This document shows, one piece after another, positions 8,597-18,745 of a stretch of DNA of 64,000 nucleotides. The DNA lies in IMG/VR virus record IMGVR_UViG_3300042397_001782, positions 55,981-119,980 of that record; one strand, 5' to 3'. Under the pieces are notes generated by a model that was given only the letters and a program-made list of their open reading frames with translations, was not told the origin of the DNA and did not search any database. The stretch is from a virus. Position numbers and translations under genes: made by a program. Every line of letters starts with the position of its first letter. The first letter of the stretch is position 1.

Positions 8597-8926
8597 ATGA
8601 CAGATAATATCAACCCAAACTTAAAGCTCACCACAGTGGTATTTGAACCAGACGTAGTATTGGTTACAGGTAGAAGAAATGACACTGTAAGCGGAAAAGC
8701 ATTAGTAAAAAACATAGGGAATGAAACCTTTGTATGCCAAAGTGTTTCTAAAAGTTGTGGGTGTACCACTCCTTCAGGAATCAATACAGGAACTATTATA
8801 GAGCCAGGAGAAAGCAATGAGTTAAATTTTAGTATTCAACTAGGCACTCCTTCAGATAAGTTCATTTATGTCCATGGTAATGCCACCGCAATATCTCTTA
8901 GAATCACAAAAAACATTATTTCTTAA
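8597..8926 (+). CDS. DUF1573-like Ig-fold protein
   Basis: KNIG...VSKSCGCTTP...IEPGES motif characteristic of DUF1573. Confidence 0.7.
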   Translation: MTDNINPNLKLTTVVFEPDVVLVTGRRNDTVSGKALVKNIGNETFVCQSVSKSCGCTTPSGINTGTIIEPGESNELNFSIQLGTPSDKFIYVHGNATAISLRITKNIIS

Positions 8927-8935
8927 ACTTTTATT

Positions 8936-9448
8936 ATGGAACTAATTGTAGATAATAAAAGATTAACTTATATTTTTCATAATGATTTTGAGTTATCAGC
9001 AATTAATGATGCCTTAACATTTTTAAATAATAATGATTTACCTATTAATTTTTTCATTAACACTCCTGGAGGTTATACAAGTTTTGTACATCCTTTATCT
9101 AAAGCTATTGAGGATTATGAGGATATAGTTCTCTACCCTATTGAGGAATGCTCAAGTGCAGGATTTTTCTTATTAATGAACACTACCGCTCCAATTTGTT
9201 TTTTAGATAAATCAATGAGGGCTATTGTTCATTTTCCAAGAATAGATTGTTTAGTGGACCTTAATGAAACTCCTATTTATGATAAAAAAGAATTAAAACT
9301 TAGATCATTGAATAATAAATTTAAAGACCTTTTGTTAAAACTACCCTTAGAGCAAAAGCAACTAAAAAAACTATTAAAAGGAGAAGACATAACCCTATAT
9401 TATAATGATTTATTAGAGATTTTTAAAGATAGAATAATACATGAGTAA
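8936..9448 (+). CDS. ClpP-like (S14/crotonase-fold) serine protease
   Basis: PINFFINTPGG; CSSAGFFLL (candidate catalytic Ser); AIVHFP (candidate catalytic His). Confidence 0.7.
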   Translation: MELIVDNKRLTYIFHNDFELSAINDALTFLNNNDLPINFFINTPGGYTSFVHPLSKAIEDYEDIVLYPIEECSSAGFFLLMNTTAPICFLDKSMRAIVHFPRIDCLVDLNETPIYDKKELKLRSLNNKFKDLLLKLPLEQKQLKKLLKGEDITLYYNDLLEIFKDRIIHE

Positions 9449-9854
9449 CCATAATAATCATTTTGAAATTAGAAAAAGTAAAAGACTAAAACAAGTACAT
9501 TCTACAAGGGATTTCTTTACTGGCGAGACTATTCTTTTTATATGTTGCGAAGAATCAAAGATACCTACTCAACACACAATACAATTAGACGTAAATTACC
9601 ATGTGCTAGACCCTATTGTAAAATACATTAAGCATTCCTTTGACCCCAACGTAAGAGTAGAGGGACATTCTTTAGTAGCCACTAGGAGAATAAGAGAGGG
9701 GGAGGAGATTAAGAGAAACTATTACGAAACTGAGGAAATTATTGTAAAAGAGTTTACAGATAAGGAAACAGGAGAAAAGGTAAACACAAAGAATCTCTAT
9801 TTATTTAATAATAAAAACACAGACGATGGATTATTATTTAATGCAGAATTTTGA
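9441..9854 (+). CDS. SET-domain protein (putative methyltransferase)
   Basis: VHSTRDFFTGE; YIKHSFDPN (NHSCxPN-like); LVATRRIREGEEIKRNY (ELxxxY-like). Confidence 0.75.
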   Translation: MSNHNNHFEIRKSKRLKQVHSTRDFFTGETILFICCEESKIPTQHTIQLDVNYHVLDPIVKYIKHSFDPNVRVEGHSLVATRRIREGEEIKRNYYETEEIIVKEFTDKETGEKVNTKNLYLFNNKNTDDGLLFNAEF

Positions 9855-10377
9855 TTATGAGGTTAATAGAATTTTATTTTGGGAAGTGAATCCTGAATTT
9901 AAATTTACAGAACCTTTTGATAATTTTTATAATTCTTCAGAGAACAAGGACTACACTTCAGAAGTAATGTGGGCCATATATCTTTTTTGTGATATAAAGT
10001 CTCCAAAGATTAGACTTAGAAAAGATGAAAGAGCAGAAGACATTAAAAAATACTTTTTAAAAGAAGATTCTTTTGATTTTGACCATCACGAAGACTTGAT
10101 AGATGCCTATCCAAAGGTAGTGATGACAAAGATACAAAGAGAGTTGAAGGTATGGCAGGATAAGATAGAGGAGAGAAATAAGTTTCTAGAAACCCTTTCT
10201 TATAGCTTAGATACCTTTGAAGCCCTTGATAAGATGATGAAAGACTCCAAGCTTATCTGGGAATCTTTTGGAAAGGTTTACAAGGAATACCAAGATGAGA
10301 ACATTGAAACTAGGGCTAGAGGAGGAAGAGAAGAATCTTTCACTGAGAAATTAGTAAGCAAAGCAAGCAAAAAATAA
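9826..10377 (+). CDS. Phage protein upstream of terminase (possible small terminase or packaging factor)
   Basis: Helical 183 aa, C-terminal RARGG, position in the packaging module. Confidence 0.6.
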   Translation: MDYYLMQNFDYEVNRILFWEVNPEFKFTEPFDNFYNSSENKDYTSEVMWAIYLFCDIKSPKIRLRKDERAEDIKKYFLKEDSFDFDHHEDLIDAYPKVVMTKIQRELKVWQDKIEERNKFLETLSYSLDTFEALDKMMKDSKLIWESFGKVYKEYQDENIETRARGGREESFTEKLVSKASKK

Positions 10378-10416
10378 ACAACACACACAAAACAATAATT
10401 TATAAAACTAAAAAGT

Positions 10417-10611
10417 ATGTACCCAGTAAATAAACCAAATATTTATAATCAGCCAAAACCAGGAGAAAGATTTTCTTTAAAAGAAGGGAGATATTTTTGG
10501 TATTCAAGTATTATGAAAACGTATAATAAAGCCCAACAAGCTGCTTGGCAGAAAGAAATGGAAGAAAAAACCAAGCAAGACCCTCAAACAACAGATGATA
10601 ATATTAATTGA
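10417..10611 (+). CDS. Hypothetical protein (64 aa)
   Basis: ORF track; CA-rich leader. Confidence 0.65.
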   Translation: MYPVNKPNIYNQPKPGERFSLKEGRYFWYSSIMKTYNKAQQAAWQKEMEEKTKQDPQTTDDNIN

Positions 10612-10852
10612 TACGGAAGATAAAGTAATTGAAGTAGAAGGTGTTGATAACGCAAAAGAAACAAAAAAAATTATTAGAGAAACTCTAAAAAATTTTGATG
10701 ATTTTGAGCACATTATAACTCCATCTATAGAAATTAAAATTATTCCTATAAATACAGATTTTATAATGAATAATTTTTTTAAAAATTTTACTAACCTATC
10801 TGGTGACAAAAAAAATAGTTTAGACATAAAACCTGGTCCGCCAAAACAATGA
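10595..10852 (+). CDS. Hypothetical protein (85 aa)
   Basis: ORF track; overlaps the terminase start (ATGA). Confidence 0.65.
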   Translation: MIILIDTEDKVIEVEGVDNAKETKKIIRETLKNFDDFEHIITPSIEIKIIPINTDFIMNNFFKNFTNLSGDKKNSLDIKPGPPKQ

Positions 10853-13152
10853 TTATAGATACTTCTTATATTTTTCCAAAAATATATGACAATACTCCTT
10901 TTATTAAAAACCACCCTGTTTTACACCCTCATAGTACAGCTTATTCTGAATATTGGACTAAAGAACTTGAGGAATTTATTTTAGGGATGTGGAGAGAGGA
11001 ACAAACTCCTGAAGGACTGCGTTGGAGGTACATGAACCCTCAATTAAACTACTTTGCCAACTATCACACCATCACTATTCAAGATGGTAAGCAACGTATT
11101 AAATCTAGACCTAGCCTATTGGATATAAATTGGACAATTTTAAATTGTTGGTTTATTTGTAGAGGCTTTAGCGGGTTTGATGAGGATGATGAATACACCT
11201 GTAATTGGACTGCAAAGTTAAAGCAAGATAAATTGTTAAACAATAGTCTTCCTGATATTCCTCTTAAATTTTTAAATAACCTCACTGATAATTGTTATAA
11301 GAAAGATGGCACGTTAAAGACTTATGTAGATCCTTTAGAATATCTTAATGGTACCCATGAAAAACCTCTTGGTAATCCTTTTTATGAGAATAACGCATTG
11401 AACCTCTTTGTGTTAGGGTCTAGGTCTGGAGGAAAAAGCTTTATGGCATCAGCGTTAATGGAACATGAGTGGTTATCAGATGGGGCAAAGACTGTGGAGG
11501 ATTATCTATCAGGTAGGAATAAAGTGGAAATATTTTGCGGGTCAGCCAGTTCAGGAAAATCTTCTCAGCTTTTAGATAAATTCTCAAACTCTTTAAAGAA
11601 TCTTCCTGGGGAGTATTTTGACAGGGATTATTTTCCTTCTCCTTTTAGTAGGACTTTTTCAGGAACATTGAAGGTAGGTAACTCTAAAAATCCTTATAGG
11701 TTTGAGTATGAGAAAAAGATAGGAAATTCTCTAGTAAAAGAAGGTACAGGGTCCTTGTTGATACATGAAACGTATAAAGACAATAAGCAAGCAGCCGTTG
11801 GGGGTCGTTACAATGTCCTAGTGGTAGAAGAGGTGGGTTTGGAAGATAAGATTCTCACCGTACATGGAGCGAATGAGTCTACACAGGATATGGGGGCAGG
11901 TAAGTTTGGATCTTCCTTATATTTAGGAACAGGCGGGGATATGGATAAAGTTATTGAGTCTGAGATTATATTCAGAGACCCTGAAGCTTATGATTTTCTA
12001 GGATTTAAAGATATTTATGAAGGAAGAGGAACTATAGGCTTCTTTCTTCCAGCTATTTACACCAATTTAGCATATAAAGATGAAAATGGTAATACGGATG
12101 TAGACACCTCTCTTAAATTTGAGATGGAAAGACGTGAAGAAAAGAAGCAAGCTAATAATACTTCTGCTTATGATGAGTATATTATGTCTAGGCCAATTAA
12201 GCCTTCTGAAATGTTTCTCTCAAAAACAGGTAATAAATTCCCTATCGTTATGCTCAGAGAACAACAAGCTTCCAATGATAGATACCAGTTTAAAAAACAT
12301 TTAAGAACATTGGGAAACCTTGTTGAAGACCCTGATTTTATTACAGGTGTTAAATTTAAACCTAACTTTGATTTAAGACCTATAGATAGATTTCCACATG
12401 ATTCTAAGTCAGATTTAAAAAGTGCTTGGGAATTTTATGAGCACCCTCCAGTGGGAATTATACCCCCTAATTTATTTAAAATTGTATATGACCCTATTAG
12501 AGATGAAGGCGGAGGTACCTCATTAGCAGCAATTTACGTTTACAAGTCTAATAATACCTTAGACAATAACGGTAATGAAATTGTGGCTTGGTGGGTAGGA
12601 AGATATGATATGCCTGAAGAAATACATTTAAATTGTGTATTGGCTGCTAAATACTTTAATGCTCAAGTGATGTTTGAGAATAACATTATTGACTTTAAGA
12701 ATTATTGTATGCGTACAGGAAACTACCATATACTTGCCTCCACCCCAAAACAAATAATTGAGAAAGCTATAAAAGACCCCACATTAAAGTATGATGTGGG
12801 AATTCCAATGACAAACCCTTTGAAGCAATATGCTTTAAGATTGGCACAACAATGGTTGTTGGAGGAGAAGAAAAAATATGCAGAAGAGCTAGAGGATGGG
12901 ACAAAGAGAGAAATAGTGGTGAGAAACTTAAACACTATTAAAGATGATTTGCTATTAGAAGAACTTGTACAATTCAACGATAAGGGAAACTTTGACCGTG
13001 TGTCTGCTTTCCTGTTATTAATGCTTTGGCTAGAGCAAGATAAAGAAATGGTTATAAAAGAGTCTGAAGACATAGTGAAAAAAACTTCAAATGATTTTTA
13101 TAAAGACTTATATAATAACCAGTTAAAAAACACTAATTTACTGAAATATTAA
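10849..13152 (+). CDS. terL: Terminase large subunit
   Basis: Walker A GSRSGGKS; Walker B LVVEEVG; GTGG motif; nuclease YDP and NFDRVSA; directly upstream of the portal. Confidence 0.92.
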   Translation: MIIDTSYIFPKIYDNTPFIKNHPVLHPHSTAYSEYWTKELEEFILGMWREEQTPEGLRWRYMNPQLNYFANYHTITIQDGKQRIKSRPSLLDINWTILNCWFICRGFSGFDEDDEYTCNWTAKLKQDKLLNNSLPDIPLKFLNNLTDNCYKKDGTLKTYVDPLEYLNGTHEKPLGNPFYENNALNLFVLGSRSGGKSFMASALMEHEWLSDGAKTVEDYLSGRNKVEIFCGSASSGKSSQLLDKFSNSLKNLPGEYFDRDYFPSPFSRTFSGTLKVGNSKNPYRFEYEKKIGNSLVKEGTGSLLIHETYKDNKQAAVGGRYNVLVVEEVGLEDKILTVHGANESTQDMGAGKFGSSLYLGTGGDMDKVIESEIIFRDPEAYDFLGFKDIYEGRGTIGFFLPAIYTNLAYKDENGNTDVDTSLKFEMERREEKKQANNTSAYDEYIMSRPIKPSEMFLSKTGNKFPIVMLREQQASNDRYQFKKHLRTLGNLVEDPDFITGVKFKPNFDLRPIDRFPHDSKSDLKSAWEFYEHPPVGIIPPNLFKIVYDPIRDEGGGTSLAAIYVYKSNNTLDNNGNEIVAWWVGRYDMPEEIHLNCVLAAKYFNAQVMFENNIIDFKNYCMRTGNYHILASTPKQIIEKAIKDPTLKYDVGIPMTNPLKQYALRLAQQWLLEEKKKYAEELEDGTKREIVVRNLNTIKDDLLLEELVQFNDKGNFDRVSAFLLLMLWLEQDKEMVIKESEDIVKKTSNDFYKDLYNNQLKNTNLLKY

Positions 13153-13159
13153 AATAAAT

Positions 13160-13190
13160 TTTATAAAAAAATAATTTTTAATTAATTTTG
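13160..13190 (+). promoter_or_regulatory. Shared upstream motif (also 15777-15807), candidate late promoter
   Basis: TTTATAAAAAAATAATTTTT-N4-AATTTTG precedes both portal and putative scaffold genes. Confidence 0.45.
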
Positions 13191-13210
13191 TTTTTTTAAA
13201 TAAACTAAAA

Positions 13211-15721
13211 ATGGTAATAAACGATAGTTTAACCGCACAATTCTTAAACATGCCTGGAAGTGATAGGCTAAGTTATAAGAAAAAAATAGCTGATAACTAT
13301 GCCTGGGCAAGGCAAAGAATGGATTACCTATGCAATCAATACAACTATTATAACGAGAGAAAAGAAAAATTCAAGATAAACTACGAACTATATAACGGTA
13401 GAATGGATTTTACCAGTTATATAAATACAGGGAATATAATTGAGAATGAATTAGGAATGGATATTCCAGAAATAGAAATCAATCAAAGTGATTTTATACA
13501 TTTTCCTATATTACAAAACGTATTACACGATCTAGAAGGAGAGGAGATAAAAAGACCTTTTAATCTTAGAGTGGTTAGTACAAACTCTACAAGTGAGTCA
13601 GTTAGACAAAGAAAGCGTAGAGAGCTTTTAATTGAGAATACTTCTAAGATTGTAAGACAAGAATTGCTTTTAAAAGCAAAGGCAGTTAATCAAAAAAGAC
13701 TAGAAGAAATAAAAGCCCAGATGGACCCTTCAATGGACCCTCAGTATTTAGAAAAGCTACAAGAAATTACTGCTAATCTAGATGCACAGCTTGAGGAAAC
13801 CATTAATAAAATGACTCCAGTGGAGGTAGAAACTTACATGGCTAAAGGCTTTAGATTACCTGAAGAGAAGCTTACCGATGAGCTATTACAATACCATATT
13901 CGTACAGATAGAATTAAAAAAGTTTTTGATAAAGGCTGGAAAGATGTAATTATTACAGGAGAAGAAGTATATTGGACAGGAGAGTTAAATGGTAGACCTA
14001 CTATCAGAGCTTGTAATCCCCTGTATTTTAACTATGCTAAGTCAAAAGATGTTGACTTCTTGGATGAAGCAGACTGGTGTACTTACGATGAGTATCTATC
14101 TATTTACGAGATATATCAAAAATTTGGTAATATAATTACCGAAGAAGAAAGAGAAGTTTTTGACAAATATGAGTCTACATTAAACTCTCCTTCAGATTCT
14201 AAGGTGTGGGAAATTATTCCTAACGCTATTATGAATCCTACAGATTCCGAAGCTACTCCTAGCTGGGTAGACCCTTGGGAAGATAATTACAGTGATAATT
14301 TTAAAATTAGAAGACTTAGAGTAACGCATGTTGTTTGGAAGTCTTTGAAAAAAATTAAATATATCTTTAGGTTAAATGAAAATGGCACCCTAGAAAAAAC
14401 TATTGCGGATGAAACTTATGTTTTTAACAAAGAAACAGATGTTAAGCAAGAAATTTTATGGATACCTGAATTTTGGCATGGATATAAAATATTCACCAAT
14501 CCAAAGATTTATATAAAAGTTGAACCTATTCCTAATCAATATAGAGACGTTGACAACCCTTTTCAAATTAGAGGCCCTTATACAGGCTCTGTTTATTCGG
14601 CAAGAAACTCCGCCCCTATAGCAATTGCTGACTTAGGAAAACCTTGGCAGTTCTTGTACAATGTAGTTATCAATCAAATTATTGAATTGATGAAGACAGA
14701 TATAGGTAATGTATTGCTAGGATTACAAGAACAAATTCCAAAGGAAATGACTCCTACACAGTGGATGACTTATATTAAGAAATTCAAGGTGGCTTTAATT
14801 AGTGCTTCTAAAGAAGGAGATTTAAGAAATATGGGAATAGATCCTAACTATTGGAAATCTATCAACCTATCTCACGCACAAGAAATAAATCAAAAAATAC
14901 AACTATTAGAATATATTGAGAAAAAAATGGCACAGTCTATGAGCTATAACCCTGGTAGACTAGGACAGCAATCTCCTTATGAGTCTATAGGCAATAACCA
15001 ACAAAGTATTATACAATCCTCTAATCAAACGGAGAAATGGTTCTACATGCATAATTATGTAAAAGAAAGAACCGTTGAGAACTATATTGAAATATGTAAA
15101 GTAATCTATAAGGAAAACCCATTAAAGGCTTCTTATATTCTTTCAGATTTAAGTATAGCTACTTTGAATACAGAGGTGGCAGATTTTGCAAATTATAACT
15201 ATAAAGTATTCATTACAAATACATTAAGAGATACAGAGATTATTAGTCAATTGAAAACCTTAATTCAACCTATTATCCAAAATAGTGGAGGAGATTTAAG
15301 AGTGGCTACAGAAATTCTCACTACAGAGAATGCTACAGAAGTTAAAAATATCATTGCTAGGATTCAGGAGCAAAAAGAAGCTAAAGAAGAGCAAATGCAA
15401 AAATCTCAACAAGAGCAACAAATGCAAATGCAACAAATGCAGATTCAAGCTAAACAAGAAGAAATGAAAATGCAGAAACAAATAGCTGATGATAGAAACG
15501 CTGTAACATTAAAGGCTGCGGAGTTGAATGCTCAGAGATTAGAAAGAGCAAACGATATTGACCAAGATGGAACAAACGACTTGATTCAATTGCAGATGGA
15601 AAAAAATGAAAATGAGTCAAGCGTAGAGCTCAATGATGCCAAGATAGCACAGATACAACTTCAGAATAAAAAAATTGAAACTGAAATTCAACTAATGAAA
15701 AAAAAGGGTAAAAAGGAGTAA
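13211..15721 (+). CDS. Portal protein (crAss-like)
   Basis: 836 aa between TerL and capsid genes; NYELYNG, GEEIKRPF, GKPWQFLYN motifs; Gln-rich coiled-coil tail with DIDQDG. Confidence 0.88.
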   Translation: MVINDSLTAQFLNMPGSDRLSYKKKIADNYAWARQRMDYLCNQYNYYNERKEKFKINYELYNGRMDFTSYINTGNIIENELGMDIPEIEINQSDFIHFPILQNVLHDLEGEEIKRPFNLRVVSTNSTSESVRQRKRRELLIENTSKIVRQELLLKAKAVNQKRLEEIKAQMDPSMDPQYLEKLQEITANLDAQLEETINKMTPVEVETYMAKGFRLPEEKLTDELLQYHIRTDRIKKVFDKGWKDVIITGEEVYWTGELNGRPTIRACNPLYFNYAKSKDVDFLDEADWCTYDEYLSIYEIYQKFGNIITEEEREVFDKYESTLNSPSDSKVWEIIPNAIMNPTDSEATPSWVDPWEDNYSDNFKIRRLRVTHVVWKSLKKIKYIFRLNENGTLEKTIADETYVFNKETDVKQEILWIPEFWHGYKIFTNPKIYIKVEPIPNQYRDVDNPFQIRGPYTGSVYSARNSAPIAIADLGKPWQFLYNVVINQIIELMKTDIGNVLLGLQEQIPKEMTPTQWMTYIKKFKVALISASKEGDLRNMGIDPNYWKSINLSHAQEINQKIQLLEYIEKKMAQSMSYNPGRLGQQSPYESIGNNQQSIIQSSNQTEKWFYMHNYVKERTVENYIEICKVIYKENPLKASYILSDLSIATLNTEVADFANYNYKVFITNTLRDTEIISQLKTLIQPIIQNSGGDLRVATEILTTENATEVKNIIARIQEQKEAKEEQMQKSQQEQQMQMQQMQIQAKQEEMKMQKQIADDRNAVTLKAAELNAQRLERANDIDQDGTNDLIQLQMEKNENESSVELNDAKIAQIQLQNKKIETEIQLMKKKGKKE

Positions 15722-15849
15722 ACCCTTATAAACACTGGGCTCATTAATGAATTTTTTTATTCTAAGAAAAAAATAATTTATAAAAAAATAATTTTTTTTC
15801 AATTTTGCAGTACAAAACAATTATTTCACACACACATAAACAAACAAAC

Positions 15850-16992
15850 ATGCAAGATAACAATTTAGATTTTGAAATTATAGAATTCAATGAAGATCTT
15901 TTAAATGATAATAATTTATCAGATAAAATAGAATCTATAAACGAAACGGAACAAACAGAGGAGGAAGAAGAAGATGAGGATAACGATTCTTCTTTAGTTA
16001 ATGCTGATTTAGTAGATGAAGACAATATTGATGACCTTGACCTCAATGACGAAGAAAAGGAAGCAATATTAAATAAGAAGAAAGAAAGCTCCTCTTCTCA
16101 AAAAGAAGAAGAAGAAGAAGAGTCTTCAGAAAATGAGGAAGAAAATTCAGAAGTAGATCCTTTAAAAATATTCGCTTCAGAATTACAGGAAAAAAACCTT
16201 TTAAATCTTCCAGAAGATTGGGATGGATCAGAAGAAGCTTTATTTGAAGCTTATGAAGCCACTTTAGATGAAAGGGCTTTAAATTTAATAAAGAGTTCTT
16301 ATAAAATAAATGACCCTAGAGTAGACGGTGTTCTTAATTTTTTAAAGAATGGGGGAAATATTGATGATTATGTCAATTTACACGCAGAAACAAATTGGGT
16401 GGATGTAGACATTGAAGATGAAGATAATGCTACAGCTCTTGTAAAAACATATTTAACTTCGGTTAAAAATTTAGAAGAAGAAGAGGCAGAATCGTTATTG
16501 GATGGGTATAAAGAAAAAGGAAAGCTATTTAGTCAAGCTAGTAAAATTCAAGCTGATTTAAAAGTTTTCAGAGAAAAACAAGAAGACGATCTTATAAAAT
16601 CTCAACAAGAATATGCTCGTATACAAAGAGAAGAATACATTAAGAGTGTAAATAAAATAAGAGAAACTATTCAAAGCGGCAAAAGTAATAATGTAGTTAT
16701 TGCTAAAAACCAAAAAAGTAATTTTGAAGATTTTATTTTTTCACCTCAAGAGATAAGAAACGCTAGAGGAGAAGTTGTAGGAAGAGCTACAGGCTTCAAA
16801 CAAAAATTAAATGAGTATCTTTCTGACCCTGAAAAAATGGTAGCATTAGCTTACAAAATATTTGAAGGATTGTCAGATAAGTCAGATAAAGTTGAAGTGG
16901 CAAGTAAAGAAAAAAGTAAGTTGGCAGAAAGTTTAAGAAGAGCTTCTGGAAAAACAAAGCCAAACACAATTAAATTAGAATTCATAAATTAA
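15850..16992 (+). CDS. Acidic putative scaffolding protein
   Basis: Very D/E-rich N-terminus, helical C-terminus, between portal and MCP; ATG 15850 preferred over the track start 15805. Confidence 0.65.
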   Translation: MQDNNLDFEIIEFNEDLLNDNNLSDKIESINETEQTEEEEEDEDNDSSLVNADLVDEDNIDDLDLNDEEKEAILNKKKESSSSQKEEEEEESSENEEENSEVDPLKIFASELQEKNLLNLPEDWDGSEEALFEAYEATLDERALNLIKSSYKINDPRVDGVLNFLKNGGNIDDYVNLHAETNWVDVDIEDEDNATALVKTYLTSVKNLEEEEAESLLDGYKEKGKLFSQASKIQADLKVFREKQEDDLIKSQQEYARIQREEYIKSVNKIRETIQSGKSNNVVIAKNQKSNFEDFIFSPQEIRNARGEVVGRATGFKQKLNEYLSDPEKMVALAYKIFEGLSDKSDKVEVASKEKSKLAESLRRASGKTKPNTIKLEFIN

Positions 16993-17017
16993 ATATAAAA
17001 AATTAAATTAAATTAAC

Positions 17018-18595
17018 ATGAAATTATCACAAAGTAAATTCGGTATTATAAAGGCCCCTACGATTACAGGCGATCGTAACTGGGGTATGAACTATACCAA
17101 CTTAAACAATCTATATGCTGCAGGTTTGATTAAAACAGACGTAGACGCATTAGGTGGTATGGGTCAATTAGCCTCTATGAAAACATTGTTTGACGGTACT
17201 GCACCACTATTGGAACTTGCCCAAGGTTCTGACACTATCACTGTTGAAGGTGACAAAGTAGAATGGGAATTCATGGTTTCAGGATACAGACCCGCTCTTA
17301 TAGTTGAAGACGTTGAAGCAGGAAACCTTACAAAAGGTATTGCTCAAAGAGAGTTTAAAATTAAACTTGACATTGGAACATTTGTAGAAGGTGATACACT
17401 AGTATTCACTGACAGCAAAAAATTCAACATGCGTGTAAGTAAAGCTCCTGTTAAAGAAGGATCTTTTACAGTTTACACAGTTAAATTGATGACTGACAGC
17501 CCAAGCTTGTTTGTTGACAATAGTTTGTTCACTCCAGGAACAAGAGTGATGAAAATGCACTCCACTTATTCTGAGGCATCTGTAAAAGGTGGTTCAATGA
17601 GTGTTGATGCTATCGGTAAAATTAAATTCCGTTCTGGATTGACAAGATTTAGAAAACAATATGCAATGACAGGAGATGCTGCTCAAAGAAAATTGAACGG
17701 TAACTTGTCTGAGGCAGATTTGTTAATCTTAGCAGGAAGAAAAGCAGGTGAGAGCCAACAAGCTTTCCAAACAAGAATTGCTAACGCATTGAGCAAAAAA
17801 AATACAGGTAACATGTATATCACTTCCGTTGCTGAGGTTAAATTCAACAAAGAATTTGAAATGGAAAAAGAACTTCACTTGATGTATCAAAGAAGTACTT
17901 CTACAGTTATTGACGAGTCTACAGGATACTTTGTAAACCAAGGTCCAGGTCTTCAAGAGATTTTGGAAGATGGATATAGAGAATTCTATAACACTTTCTC
18001 TATTGGTCTTATCAAAGACTTCCTACAAGATATATTCTTCGGTAGAGTTGCTTACGATCAAAGAAATGTTGTAATGTGGACAGGTGAAATAGGACTAAGA
18101 TTATTTGATGAGGCTATCAACCAAATAACTCAAGGTTTCTTCAAAGATATGAAAGATTATTTCATCAAAACAGATGGTGCTTCATTGGTACCAGGTGGAC
18201 CAACAGGATTGTCTTACACTGAAACTCCATATACTCAATACAAATTGAAATTTGGTGGTTCATTGACAGTTATGCACATGAAAGCTTATGATGATGTAAC
18301 TTTCAACACTATCCTAGATGAGAATGGTTATCCAGCAGAGTCTTCAAGATTTACATTCGTTAACTACGGATTAGGTGATGGTTTTGGTAAAAACATTTCC
18401 TACTTGAAATCTAAGAGAGATGTAGCTTACGGTTACGAAGGTGGATTGTCAAGTCCTTACGGTAATAACCAAGGAGGATTGATGTCTCACTCAGGTGACT
18501 TCTGGACAGTACATAGAATGGAATACGCAGGTATCTTGGTAAAAGATGTTACAAAATGCGGTGAGTTGATTCCAGCAGCATTAAGAGGAAAATAA
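17018..18595 (+). CDS. Major capsid protein (crAss-like)
   Basis: 525 aa; synteny after portal and scaffold; GPGLQE and TGEIG motifs; strong terminator follows. Confidence 0.88.
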   Translation: MKLSQSKFGIIKAPTITGDRNWGMNYTNLNNLYAAGLIKTDVDALGGMGQLASMKTLFDGTAPLLELAQGSDTITVEGDKVEWEFMVSGYRPALIVEDVEAGNLTKGIAQREFKIKLDIGTFVEGDTLVFTDSKKFNMRVSKAPVKEGSFTVYTVKLMTDSPSLFVDNSLFTPGTRVMKMHSTYSEASVKGGSMSVDAIGKIKFRSGLTRFRKQYAMTGDAAQRKLNGNLSEADLLILAGRKAGESQQAFQTRIANALSKKNTGNMYITSVAEVKFNKEFEMEKELHLMYQRSTSTVIDESTGYFVNQGPGLQEILEDGYREFYNTFSIGLIKDFLQDIFFGRVAYDQRNVVMWTGEIGLRLFDEAINQITQGFFKDMKDYFIKTDGASLVPGGPTGLSYTETPYTQYKLKFGGSLTVMHMKAYDDVTFNTILDENGYPAESSRFTFVNYGLGDGFGKNISYLKSKRDVAYGYEGGLSSPYGNNQGGLMSHSGDFWTVHRMEYAGILVKDVTKCGELIPAALRGK

Positions 18596-18611
18596 AACTT
18601 CAATAGGCTTT

Positions 18612-18642
18612 AGGGTATGAGCCATCTAATCATACCCTTTTT
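18612..18642 (+). terminator. Intrinsic terminator after MCP
   Basis: agggtatga/tcataccct 9-bp stem plus T-run. Confidence 0.8.
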
Positions 18643-18644
18643 AT

Positions 18645-18715
18645 AGCAGGAGGGAGGTATGGATCTCTCTGGTCTCATAAACCAGTTTAACCAGTTCGAG
18701 TCTGAGTCGTTGCTA
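18645..18715 (+). tRNA. Degenerate tRNA with CAT anticodon (Met/Ile2-like), possibly a pseudo-tRNA
   Basis: Anticodon arm ctggt-CTCATAA-accag; T-loop TTCGAGT; D-arm gagg/tctc; acceptor agcag/ttgct with mismatches; no encoded CCA. Confidence 0.6.
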
Positions 18716-18745
18716 CTATTTTTTAATCACACAAACAACAAAACA

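Noticed and set aside
10849-18595. Introns or inteins in terL, portal or MCP
   Set aside because: Each is a single ORF of plausible length with no intein or homing-endonuclease motifs seen
18659-18745. N-terminal extension of the gene after MCP given in the ORF track
   Set aside because: Overlaps the tRNA-like element; ATG 18746 has the typical leader
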